DNA of 62,305 nt, the filler included, from Choristocarpus tenellus KU-1152 (lineage: Eukaryota; Protista; Phaeophyceae): the NCBI GenBank assembly GCA_964200185.2. It is 10 parts of 10 records of this genome, joined end to end, with 100 filler letters (N's around TTAATTAATTAA, not from the genome) between each part and the next. Parts side by side here need not be neighbours in the genome. Positions count along the whole stretch, not along the records: positions 36,279 to 43,072 come from CAXNAD020007335.1; positions 43,173 to 46,518 come from CAXNAD020020658.1; positions 46,619 to 58,939 come from CAXNAD020001873.1; 7 more parts are not named here. The stretch is one strand, 5' to 3'. The notes beneath the pieces were generated by a model. The model did not search any database. It was given only the letters and a program-made list of their open reading frames with translations, and was not told the DNA's origin. Below, one piece after another: positions 36,373-48,240 of the stretch (position 1 is its first letter; every line of letters begins with the position of its first letter). The position numbers and the translations under genes are program-made.

Positions 36373-39300
36373 GCTGGTGGCATTGATTGCTCAGGAGGAG
36401 GAAACAGAAGGTGGTTTGCAGTTATCCCCACCTGGGTTAAACATGATCCCGCTGCCTTTTGCTGATGAGGTTCGAGAGCCCTTGAACAATGAGGAGAAGG
36501 GCTCCATGCTCTGCGAGGGTAAGGTGATGTGATCTGAAAGTGGGATGCTATGATACTATCTCAGTGTGGGTTGGTGCTCAGTTTTTGATGCAGGTTTTGG
36601 AGATGTTGGACATATGTTGTCAGATTGATGTATCTTTTTTTGTCTCTTGTTGTAAAGATTAACCTTTGCTACGAGTTAGGTGTTGCTACTGAGTATAGTG
36701 TGCGTTACCCTTGCAACTCTTGTTACAATTTTGTTTACATTAGTCTGAGGGATCCCAGGCCTGTGTCGTTTAGAAAAGGTAGTCCGTCCGAGTAGATCAA
36801 TCGACGGTTCTTGATAGATATTTAACACTGTGGGAAAAATGAAATGAAAATTAAAAAAAAAACGAGGAAGAAAGAATGATGAACGATTCAGTGGAGCTGA
36901 GAGTGGCAATGAACAGAAACCCTAACCCTAGACTACACAAGGAAAACAAAACAAAACCTCTAGATTACTTCAACATAGGCAACACTCTTATGTGTAGAGA
37001 TTTTTACTTGTGTTGTGCCAGGAGTAAAGAAGGTGAATAGTGATGACATCACCTACTTCTTCGTGAGGCTCGCATGTTGCACTACTTCCCCTTTCTGAAA
37101 CTCCTTACCTGCTATTGCTACCTGGCCTGTGCTACCCCTCCCCTCAGTCAAGGAAGAGAGTCAAACGGCAGCTGAGAATGTTGTGAAGGCACTGGGACTG
37201 GCCAAGGTAGAATGTCGCCGGTTTCAGAACCCTGCACTACAAAGGTATCACCAACAGGGTTAGCTCTATCTATATATGCCCTGTTCACATTGTGACATCC
37301 AAGTTGCGAAATTTGAGAATCTGAGAGTAATAGGGTTATGTATATATATATATATATATCGCTGATTTGCTTCCACCACCCTGAATTCCACCTGTGACTC
37401 AAGCCGAGGCCAGCAAGAACCCTTGCGAGCCCCTCACTGCAGGCATTGCTTGTGTAGGGTTTGGTGCTGGAGTGTCCATTTTGGTGGTTCTAGTAATCAA
37501 GAACTATGAGGTACCCATGTACTGAACTTGGCGCCTCCAGTCCATTTTTTTTTTATTATTAAGTTCGAAATGTACTAAGGGGTGCTGCTGGAAGAATGAC
37601 TTGCCTGTGGTTCTTGTGATTTGTGTGAGTGAGGTGGAGTTGGTGAGGGGATGCAGGGAGGTGGTCAGAGCTTGCATAAGCTGCGATCAACTGGAGGTCT
37701 TTAGCCAGTGGAGCAAGGATATATTGAGAAATTGCCGAGCCATCTTTGTTGGAGGTGCATTTGTATTTTTTTGAGAATGATTCGGACAGGTTCTCATGAT
37801 ACCACAAGAGGATCCCATGGATGTCGAATTAGTACCTGGAGCCGTGCTATCTTACCATTGAGTCAAGAATTGTATTTTAAGGATGCTAACAAATATGTGT
37901 AAAATTCGTTTGTTTTAAAAAATAAATAAATGTGAACATATGTGGAATGTTTTCTGAATTGTGTCGTAAAATTTTCAAACAGTGGAGAAACAGACACTCA
38001 CTAATCAAACGTAGAACTTCATCTATATAAATAAAAATATGGGTGAATTGCAAAGGGTTGAAAAGGTCGTAACTTAAAAAGAATAATGGTCATAATCAGG
38101 GTACGGCTCGCTTACTGTGACTCATTCTAAGTACAACATGAGGACTGAACATAGGCCTGACACTGTGGGCAGTAGGACATTAAGCTGAGCGCAACCTGAG
38201 CATTGTGGCATGAGTGTAGATCGAACTATATCCCAAACTTGGAGTTGGGCTTTTTCTGATCACGGATTTGAACCTGTTTCGGCTCTCTGTTGTAGCGCAA
38301 GAAATATTTTCTTGTGAGAAAAAACCTTACTGTTTTTGAGTGCTCCACTTCTTGTGTGACCTAATACTTTGGATTGTTAGGGTCGTCGCAGGGTTTGAGT
38401 TGGAGTCAGAGTTGAGATCATGGCAAATATTATGTTTTTTTTTTGTATTGGTGCGAAAAAAAAAAGAAGTGGTTACGAATCCTGTCCTTACACTGACCAA
38501 CTGCAACTCTCCATTTGCTAATGAAATTCTTTCAGGCACTATGCTGCCCTGCAGGCCATTGCCTTGTCCGAGGAGGATATAGAGTGGGATCCGAACAAGA
38601 ATGATACTACCAGGTTCGTGCCATGTACTTGTCTCTTGTGTTATGATCCTGTACTGATGCGGAATGCTCAGGGTATAGTTCTGTACATTGGCAGTAGAGG
38701 GGGCCTCAGTGTCCTGGCCTGTATTTCTACTTCTAAATCCAGTCCTGTAAAGGAACAGGAATCTGTCACATTGCCCGGCCTCAGGTAATATGTTATGATT
38801 GTCATGACACACTGCATGATAATAACAAGGGGATGGAATTGTGAGTGATGATGCCATGAGGAAGGTGAAGATTTATTGTCCGGATGAATAGGTGCCAGGT
38901 CAACTATACATGACATTACCTACTTTTGTGGCACATCTCTGAAACACATTCATGGTCTCAACTACATGTACTTGAAGAGCAACACTTGTTTGTTCTCCCT
39001 ATTCTGTGCCTATTTGTGTGGATCCATGGGAGCTAAGCGTTTGTTTGCGCATGACTCTGGAGCATAATATTTTGTCCATGCTATTCCTTGGTTATGGGTT
39101 GCTAGATGTTCCCATACTGACCTTAAGTATCGTGTTTTTCTGTGTTAAATTTGCAGATACTTGTCATACGAACAGGACAACATCCTGTCTGCTTATTGTT
39201 CACTTCCTTTGTGGTTTACACTTACCCTAGCCTACCCATGAATCCGTTACCTCCAAGACCCGACAATGAAGCTCTTGATGCTATTGCTGGAGAAGCACTG

Positions 39301-40682
39301 GATGCCTTCCGTCAGAGCTTTGGGGGGGATGAGCCTGACGATACAGTGGGGGGAAAAAGGAAGGCAGGAACGGTAAGGGGGACATTAGGACGTCTTGCAA
39401 TAGAGGACAAACAAGGGGGGCAGGCGGGGGGGGAGGGAGAGAGAGGAGCAAGAGGTTTAGTTTATCCCATAATTCTCTTGGTTCTTTTTAATGGGCAGAG
39501 TTTATCTCATGTAGCAACTTGTGTTTTCTCCTTAGCTATCTACTAGGCTCTTGTGGTGATGATTGCGTACATTTCTAATTTCATATGGTGCATGCGAATG
39601 GTCCTTGCCTCTTCCCACCAGGGGAGTGGGGATAGTGTCTTGAAGAAGGCGAAAGGGGATAGCCACAGCAAAGTTGATTGGAAGGCTGCTGCGGAAAAGA
39701 GGGAGGTAAGTAACTTTGTCATTGAGAAGTTGTGGTGTGATGAGATCATTGAATAAGACTGGGTCATGGATGGGAAAACCCAAACCTCATCTACATTTTA
39801 CTCCCTGTGTTGTGAAGATTCTCCTTTCATGAAGCAATACATGTCAAGGCCGAGGCTGTGACCCACACCATTTCCCATTTGAATCCAGACTGCGAAGCTC
39901 CCACCTCAATGAAGTTCTTCATGGTGTTGGTCCAAGTCTAAATGGTCATCAGGGCTATATCTGCGTCATGTCCTCTGGAGGGAAGCAGAGCCATATTGTC
40001 GTAGAAGAGAGTCCATTTAGACCCTTTTTAGTGCAAGGGACTTAAAAAGATCTTTTACCTGGGACTCCTTCCATTCCCAAAATGTATCTATCCCCCTTCA
40101 GGAGACTTCGTAAAAGAGGAGACAAGTATTTGTTCATGCATGCATAAATTGCCCTCCAGAGTGCTAGGAGCACGTGTTTCAGAAGGCAGTCGTGGATGCC
40201 CCTTTTACTCAACGGCACCCCCCTCTAGGATACCATGACTCACAAGTCTGATGTTTGTATCTTCCCCTCCGCACTTGTTGCCCAAAATTTCGGAGTATTG
40301 GAATGTTCATTGCATTGTCATCAATGCAAGCATAAGGTTAGTGCTGTCCTGAAGAGTAGACTTCCGAGGGGACCTTCAATAAAAGCGCCCTCTTGTTGGA
40401 AATGTACGTTGACTTGTCCTTTCCGAAGCATTCACTGTAAGTGATACTAACATACATCCTTCCGTGCCTTTGCCGCTTTCCATGTGTGGTGTGGTCTATT
40501 ACCACGACTATGGTAACTCTTGCGGCTGCTGCCGTTCTTATTGTTGGTCTATGATACGCAATCAGGTGGATGAGTACACTATGCCCATGCTGAAAGCCTA
40601 CCTCAAGAGTGTTGGATTGCCACTTGGGGGCAAGAAGGCTGACCTTGTCGCTAGGGTCACCAACCATGCTCTTAGTGCCTGA
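36373..40682 (+). CDS. KU70: Ku70 (XRCC6) NHEJ DNA end-binding subunit, six 3' exons (36373-36518, 37148-37244, 38536-38613, 39258-39372, 39622-39705, 40566-40682)
   Basis: The exons give LVALIAQEEETEGGLQLSPPGLNMIPLPFADEVR...FQNPALQRHYAALQAIALSEEDIEWDPNKNDTTRPDNEAL... and a C-terminal SAP domain (YTMPMLKAYLKSVGLPLGGKKADLVARV). This matches the Ku70 core end, arm and SAP. All five introns are GT-AG and phase-consistent, with no internal stops. Confidence 0.93.
37860..38123 (+). mobile_element. MITE family C in a Ku70 intron
   Basis: GAGTCAAG...TGTGACTC with TSD ATT and a family-C body. Degenerate copies also occur at about 18855-19030 and 31445-31700. Confidence 0.8.
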
Positions 40683-43374
40683 TCGACTGGAAGTGTCAAT
40701 ATTTGTACATCATATTAAACTCTAATTTGAACTATTTGATGCCCGCTCTTGAGAAAGCACTCTTATTCCCTAACATTGGTGATAAAGCTGCAGTCTGAGT
40801 CCTTCTGATATTTGAGGAAATTCATTCAAACTAGGCACCTTCCCACGACTGATAGAAACAGTAGAGTACCGAATGAAGGATCCTGAATGTGTTCTCATTC
40901 ACATTAATGTCTGGAAGAGTAGATTCTTGCTCTCTCAGTAAAATGGGGACAGGGACACAAGCTCTAGGCTACTTGAAATATAACATGGTATGTATGCAAT
41001 ATACTTGCTGGCACTATATTCAGTTTTGGACTTGGATTACATTCAAAGGGGGGTGATACTCGGCTAAGAGAATTTGTAAGTCGTATCTCTAAGATATATT
41101 CCACTGAGAATTGACTCAGGTGCAGTTGACAAAAAAATTCCAAGATCATGTGTTATTTTGATGAAGATCGTAAGGCACTGACTGTGTTTATATTAAATCT
41201 ATTCAGTACACCCATCATGTACTTTGAAGTAAATTATATCTCCATGTGAATAGATTATTCTTGTACTATATGGCATCCCACCTTCAAGTGTAGAGTCCTC
41301 TTCATCTACAAGCTAGCATGGCCATCCACTGAAAGGGACGCTTCTTCAGCTTGCGCTGTATCTATTGTCTAATTAGATGGGTACGCACAATAAACTGTTC
41401 ATGCTCGTGCACCAATCCTCGGCGCAGTATGGTGATGTGATAATATGCTTGGTGCTGTTCAAAGTAAAGTTGACACATTCAGTTGACCCATGATGCTCCT
41501 ACACCCGTGTATGATGTGTTGCACATTCCTTTTGTGAGAAACATATATTTTGAGGGTCTTCACCCTATAGAAATATTGGAGTACTGGGTAGTATTTCATT
41601 GAACGATTTTGTGTTTCAGGATCTGATGTACATCACGCCATCTGATGTTGAAGGGGGGTGAATTCGAAGTTAAAGTGAAATCTGAACGTCCTATGGAGAA
41701 TAGTCTGGCATATGTGTGTAGAGGTGATGGTGCTGGTTTTTGCACACGACTTTGAAATAGTGTGTTTGTGATGTCTGCTGACAGTTTCTAGTGGTGGTTT
41801 CGTGGTGGAGGGAAAGGTGAAGAAAGATGAACAGGACACAGCGACATAGCTTGTATGGAAGATTTCTCCTGCTCTGACTCTGCTGATTCGAGGTGGCATC
41901 AGATATGGTTCGTATCAACATTCGTGTGTTACACGAACTATTCTTGTCGCAACCTGATTAGGTGTTATTTATTTTTGTGTAAAACGTTAGAAGAGTATGT
42001 ACCGAGGATACCTCTTTTTCAAACTTTACTTTAATATTCCTGGGCTACAAAATTTGTTGTTTTGTTTGATCCTTGACCTACATCGTTCTTGGACCAGCAG
42101 AAAGGAATGGGAACCACCATTTGTTTCTATCACCTCTTGAGTATATTTTTATTAGTAACAGTCCGTTTATAATGCAAGCTGAGAGCAACACGTTCTAAGT
42201 GAAATGTTGATGTGACACTGTAGGAGTGACGGCAAAACCTACTCACTCCCAGGATGTTGAGGTACCCACTTACTTGTTCAATAGGTTTTCTTACGTTGCC
42301 TGCAATTAGATATTCTCCGGAGTAGATAACACTATAAATTGTATTTTAGTGTAAGAAACCTGCCACACATCACACAAACTGAATGGATAAAAAAATGTCA
42401 AGCCAACATAAAGGAACAGAGAATAGCATTGTGCAAAGGCCTAGCCATATTTATCCTGAGAACAGAATAATATGGTTGCCTGTCACATCGAACCAATGGT
42501 AGGAGGTAGAATGTATCGAAACCGACTGTTACAGCCTCTCAATCTTGACTCAAACTAGCCTCCTGGAGGTTGAAAAAAAAAATGTCTGTACCACTTCCTC
42601 CTATTTATTCAACACGTTAGTACAGAGTATTATCTCACAGAGGGCCACTACTTACAACAACTACTAGCAATCTCTTCAGGAAGAGAAGTGCTGGAAGACT
42701 CCATCGTGTTTTGTTTTCTCCTCCAATGTACGTTAGAGACGGTATGAGTCATCCTATCTTGGAGAGGCACTGTTGTCGAGTATTTTTGAGCCCTCAACTT
42801 CATGCTTACGTGAATGAGCGTTTATCTCCTAAAAGGCCAGTAAGAGGAGATGGCAGCATTTCCTACATTGGAAGTGGGGTCATGAGTCGAAGCATTTAAG
42901 AGTGTGCAATATAGACTAGTAGTCTATATGGTTTATACTATAAAAGTGAATGAAGTAATTTAACTTGAACTTATAAGTGACTGACGTAGTGTAACAGTCA
43001 CAAACATGTTTGAACATATTTCTGACGTGTTTGATGACGAATGAAGTAGATAACAAGGGAGAGCACCACCCCNNNNNNNNNNNNNNNNNNNNNNNNNNNN
43101 NNNNNNNNNNNNNNNNTTAATTAATTAANNNNNNNNNNNNNNNNNNNNNNNNNNNNNNNNNNNNNNNNNNNNGACCGTCATGCGAGGACGAGGGCCGGGC
43201 GTCTTTGGGAGGAGGCAATAGTATTCAACCATAGTTAGTAGGGGGGCATATCTATCACGTGCACTGTTGAATACATCGAGATCTCCGAGGCATCTACCAA
43301 AAAACCCCGACTCCCTTCCATGATCAAAACCTTACTCACTTCTCTGTGTGTTCACGCGCGCCCCTTCTGTGTAG

Positions 43375-46055
43375 GAAGCTCCTCGGGAGAGCCTTGGGCA
43401 AGACCATCAAGGTCAGCATTGTTGGGATATACAGTTTTGATGGGGTGAATGATCTGCAAAAGAAGGTAGGTGGGACCCGTTGGAACCTTTTTCGAGTCCA
43501 GCGGTTTTTTTCCGCCAAGCCCATTGCCACTAGCTAGTTCACTGACGGTATGTTCATTTCGGATTGCCATTTTCACCATTTGGTGAGTCTTCCTTGATGC
43601 GATAGAGCACCTTTACGCATTCTGTATTAAAAAAACAAGAAGCTAGATTTCGTGTATCCATTTTGGTGACGATCTTTTTTATCGTTAATCCTGCTGCTGT
43701 GAACTTTCCCTTGCTTGGTAGCGGTGGCGTTGACTCTATCAGAGTGAGCGTTGTAGTTGTCGGGACAAACAGGAGACAAAACGGAACAAAAACAAAAAAA
43801 TAAAAAAAGAGTGTGTCATTCTTATCGACAAGACAAGGAAAGACTTCGCTTATATTCACTGAATGGTAAGGTTATGAAAATAATAATATACGAAAGTTTT
43901 CCTTTTTGTTGTTGTTGAGTGACTGAAGTGTATACAACCCATTAAAAAAATTAAAAAAACGAGATGATGCCAAAAAGGGGATGGAAAAGGTGAGAAGTGT
44001 ATTCATCCGTGGTTATTTCAACTGTAATGCGTGGGTTGCTGAGGGTGCTGCTGTAAGCTGATAACCTGTTTGATGTAAAACATAGTTTGGAGTGTCTATT
44101 ACAAAGTTGTTGGTTAGATGTTTTTGCTGCAACCGAATTCTGTTGTTTGTTGCCAGGGGGGGTGGGGGGGTGGGGGTTGCCATCAGGGAGGCGGTAAGAC
44201 GAATGGTAACTAACCTGGACAACCTTTGTTCCCTTTGAGGCTCGTCTGAATAAGTATTCAAAGATTACTAACTACAAAGGAAATACTGGAGGACGCCCTC
44301 TAAATCTTGTACGCAATTATGAGGGATTAGGCATGAAAATCTCTACAATGACACGTCAAATCACGTTCTCCTAAAAATGAAGTTGTGTTTTGTCCATGGA
44401 TGGAGTGGAAGTATCTTGGAGGGTACGAGTTTTGTCCTGTTTGTCCCTTTGGTGCCTAGCTCCCCATGGGGTTTTTTATGACACTTTCCTACTCCAAAAT
44501 GTTTCGGAGTAGGTAAAATGTATACATTATGAAAAGGTGTGCCGAACAAGGATATTGACACTTTCTAACAAACACGATAGGTACGATTACATCAAAATCA
44601 CAACATTGGATTTTGACCCCCAAATGAACAGCGCTCTACCCTCTAAGATACTTTGACTCATGGTTTTCTTAATTGTTTTGTTTCAGCTACAGAAGATTCA
44701 GAACGTGACTGTTTCGATTTTTTGTTTTCACTGGTTTGTCACCACAGGTAAGTTTGACATTTGTTTGAGCTGTCCTTGATGATCTGTTGTCCCACACAAC
44801 CAGTTATATTATTGTTTATTAGCTTGTATCAGAGTTGAGAAGAAAGTAAGATACCATTACCGGATGGGACGCACCAAACCTTACAGTAAATGACTCAGAA
44901 TACCAAATGACCCAACAATTCTCTAGCATGCGTCAAGAAACACTTCGACTCTAACATTCCGCCAATTGCTTCTGGCCAAATACCCTAACCCTAAATGTGC
45001 TTAATGCCCTGCGTCATCGCCTGTGTGAACACAAAATTTTACTTCGAATCTTATTCTCACAAATGGTCAAGCATAATCTTCACAAGATTGAAGGAAGTGT
45101 TTTTTCGTGAGGGTTGTGGATTTAGGATTACAGGAGGCATTGGGCAAAATGAGTTGTAATTGCATGGTCTGCAGAACGTGTTTGCCTACACAATATAGTA
45201 GCACTTAATCCTTTTTCATCCTACCGATTTCGAAACTCGAGAGTGGATGCAAATAAAAATACGATGTTTGCGAATACACCGGCAGTGAGAAGAAATAGAT
45301 CCAAGCTTCCTGTTGTGTAGCCCTTGCGATTTATGTGAACTGTTTTCCCGAATTTCTTCATTATGCAAGAGCTATACGCATTATGTCTGCATTCAATCAA
45401 TAGGCCCGGTGCATGAACTGCCATTCTTGTTCTTTCAAGGCAGTTTCATCTTCTTCAACATCTGAAACACAATGCCCTACATGCATGTCCAGTGCTGAGT
45501 GTCTTCAATATATGGGGGGGGACGGGAGGGGTGTGTGAAAACACTAGAACCTTTTGAGGTGTTTTTTTTGTGTGTAAGTAAGCATGCCGATTGGCTAAAG
45601 GGGACTTGTAAGTAGTGATGCTTGCTCAAAACTCTCTATCTCTCTGAGACGCACGAGGTGTGCATCCACCAGATCCACGAGAAGCTGTTATCTTGATCAT
45701 TGGTCATGGGTGTTACATGTGCCTGTGATCTGCCATGAATAACCTTTTACTACAAAGAAGGTCTGTATGGAGTCCTCTTGATAGTGTTAGGAGTACAGCA
45801 CGGTTGAGGTTTGGGTCCTGCAATAGAACACTTTCGATTCCATAGTGAAGCTTGTTCTGCTTTCCCCTTATTCTTGGAAACCCCTTTTTTGACGGTTTCA
45901 TACTTATTACCTCTCTTTCCCTACTCGCCTACCTGTATTTTGTCGTCACTCAGCTTGAAGTTAGGTTGCGTGAGCTGCAGTCCTCTCCTCCCGCACCTGG
46001 AGCACCCGAGACCTCAACTCATTTCAAATTCAAAAACAATTTGCTCTCTTTGTAG
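43375..46055 (+). CDS. SECISBP2: SECIS-binding protein 2 (L7Ae-domain C-terminus), exon 43375-43465 plus probable last exon 45954-46055
   Basis: The exon flanked by TGTAG and GTAGGT encodes RKLLGRALGKTIKVSIVGIYSFDGVNDLQKK. This resembles the SBP2 segment RKALGRSLNKAVPVSVVGIFSYDGAQDQF (recalled from memory). A phase-0 exon LEVRLRELQSSPPAPGAPETSTHFKFKNNLLSL* follows a polypyrimidine-CAG and is less certain. Confidence 0.75.
44403..44659 (-). mobile_element. MITE family B (B1), full copy in the SBP2 intron
   Basis: GAGTGGAAGTATCTTGGAGGGTA...CCCTCTAAGATACTTTGACTC with TSD ATG. Partial B1 copies end contigs at 14453-14523, 46406-46518 and 58875-58939. Confidence 0.9.
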
Positions 46056-47669
46056 GCACAGTGTCTTTTCCCTCTCCACGGTCTCCATGTGATCTGGAGT
46101 TGCTGGAGGTTTCCCAGCGTAATACCATTTTCTGTGGTGTGATAGGGAGGACTTGAGCCTTACCTCTTGCTAATCGCATTGGACTTACCAGACCAAGGGT
46201 AAAGCTGAAGCATAATTCTGGTGGTGTACCCTTGTGCTTTGAATCACTGCACTACTGTTGTTATTGTACTCCTCTGTAGAAGCGGTATGTAGGAATGGCT
46301 GCAGTTTGATGTATGGAATCGACCATCGCAATTACCATCTGCTGCATGTATGTTGTTAGAAGAGAGACATAAGAGCTCAGTGCTACTTTGTACCAAAGTA
46401 GGTTTGAGCCAAAGTATCTTAGAGGGTAGGGCCCCGTCCATTTGGGAGGTCAAAATCCAATGTTGCGATTTGGATGTAATTTTGGCTATCGTGTTTGTTA
46501 GGGAGTGTCAATATCCTTNNNNNNNNNNNNNNNNNNNNNNNNNNNNNNNNNNNNNNNNNNNNTTAATTAATTAANNNNNNNNNNNNNNNNNNNNNNNNNN
46601 NNNNNNNNNNNNNNNNNNCCCCCACCCCCCCATATACTTTGGGTCACAGTTTTTGTTTGAAACACACTTTGTTATTGGGATTGTCATTTTTAACGGTATC
46701 CATATATGATTGCAGCAACCTAAGACTGAGTGAGTTTATGCAGGTGTTCGGAATTAGTTTTTATATGCATCTCTGTTGCATCATACTTTGAGAGATCATT
46801 GCTAAACGGGTTGAAATGACAACTCGAACCAAGATAAAAGACTTAAGGTTCTTGTGTATGGTCTGCAAACGCATTTTACTATGGGACACTTGTAGTAATA
46901 CATGCTTTGTTCGCGTATTAGGCAGCTTATTTGTTTTGTTTGGCAGATTACGGCTATTGGAGGTCCTACCCAGCCCAATCCCTGTGAGAAATTCAATTAC
47001 AGCCACCTCAGGCACTCAATCCTTGATCTTCGGTCATCTGGTGCAAGAACTTCATATGAAGGGTTTCTTGGTTAACGCTTGACAGCTTTTAGGTTACCAA
47101 CCGCCTCTTATCACAACACGAATGGTACTGAATGATTAAATCCCACCATCTTTCACTCTACCCAACCTGGATCTTTTTCACTGAACACTTCTCATAGCAC
47201 AACAATATGCACAATCAAAGCAAACATGCTGCAAATCACAAACCACAGCAGCGTAGGTTACCTTTTCTGTCCTTCAACCTACGCAAGAAACGGTTTGTTG
47301 AACAAGAAGAGGGCAATGCCATACCCTTCCAAGGAAGCGCTATTTCTGATTATTCTAATCGAAGCACAAAATAATCATTTGGTTAGTATCTGGATTTTCC
47401 CTCCAACAAACCACTGGTACTGCATAGAGAGTAGACCTCACACTTCCCTGGCCCATGTGTGATCGAAGTAGTCGATTGAATGCATACTCGAGAGTGGTAC
47501 ATACTATAAAGAGTGTACTTGTGTACCTTAGTAATAGGTAGGGTATACCTGGTCTGGAAGCACTTGAACATCATAGTAATGATAGTAGTAGTATTACTGT
47601 CAATTGAATTGCATGCTTGCTCTTGAGGAGTAATATGTATACATTCATGGAGCATAATTTTATGTGGTG

Positions 47670-48240
47670 TATCTTCTACTAGATTGTACGAGGGTAAGGA
47701 TCTGCGGAATCCGTTACATTCTCCATTGATGGAGTTCATTACAACTTTTGCTGCAGTTTTTTCATCATCAGACTGACTACGGAGGTACCTTCCCAAACCA
47801 TGGCACATAGGGTTAGGGTTTTATTAACTCCATCAATGGAGAATACAGTGCCTCCCAAGATCTCCTGAGCTGAGAACTCGAACTTTAACTGAAAACTTAT
47901 ATTATAAAAAGGATCAACCAATCGATTAACATCAATCATTTGTTGTGGGGAGAGTCCAGACACTACAAGATCAACCGTTGAACTTGAAACTGAGTTAACT
48001 TGGGAGGGAATGCATTGCCCTTCTGTTGGGCAGGTCCTCCAATACCATATTGCGGAGGGAGGGGTGGGAAGACCTATTCCTCCAGTTGATCAAGTTCAAC
48101 TAACTCTTCCTCGAAAAATTTCATCCCTCTGATCCTGTGTGGCCACCATGTCGTTTCTTCTGTGGTACTGGTACACGTACAGCATGCATGCTTCAAGGGC
48201 TGTAGGCTTCCAATAGTTATAGTAGAGCTGCGGTGATGGC
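47670..48240 (-). pseudogene. Degenerate transposase-like frame, possibly DUF6729-type
   Basis: PSPQLYYNYWKP...FRGRVS*T*STGG..PTPPSAIWYWRTCPTEGQC...GLSPQQMIDVNRLVDPFYNISFQLK...GGTVFSIDGVNK, then a frameshift to AAKVVMNSINGECNG. The family assignment rests on remembered motif resemblance only. Confidence 0.35.

Noticed and set aside
38327-38857. 176-aa minus-strand ORF
   Set aside because: It is antisense to a Ku70 exon and intron with no protein-like features. Most other 60-110 aa ORFs in the track are similar shadows, microsatellite translations or MITE read-throughs.
43336-43859. Minus-strand ORFs 43336-43530, 43352-43579 and 43554-43859 as genes
   Set aside because: They are antisense to the SBP2 exon and intron and show no recognisable motif.
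36373-46055. Ku70 and SBP2 (and other genes) as a linked cluster
   Set aside because: They lie on different contigs separated by an artificial linker.
48095-48110. Tandem TGA codons as selenocysteines
   Set aside because: There is no redox motif, a frameshift follows downstream, and the context fits TGG->TGA decay.
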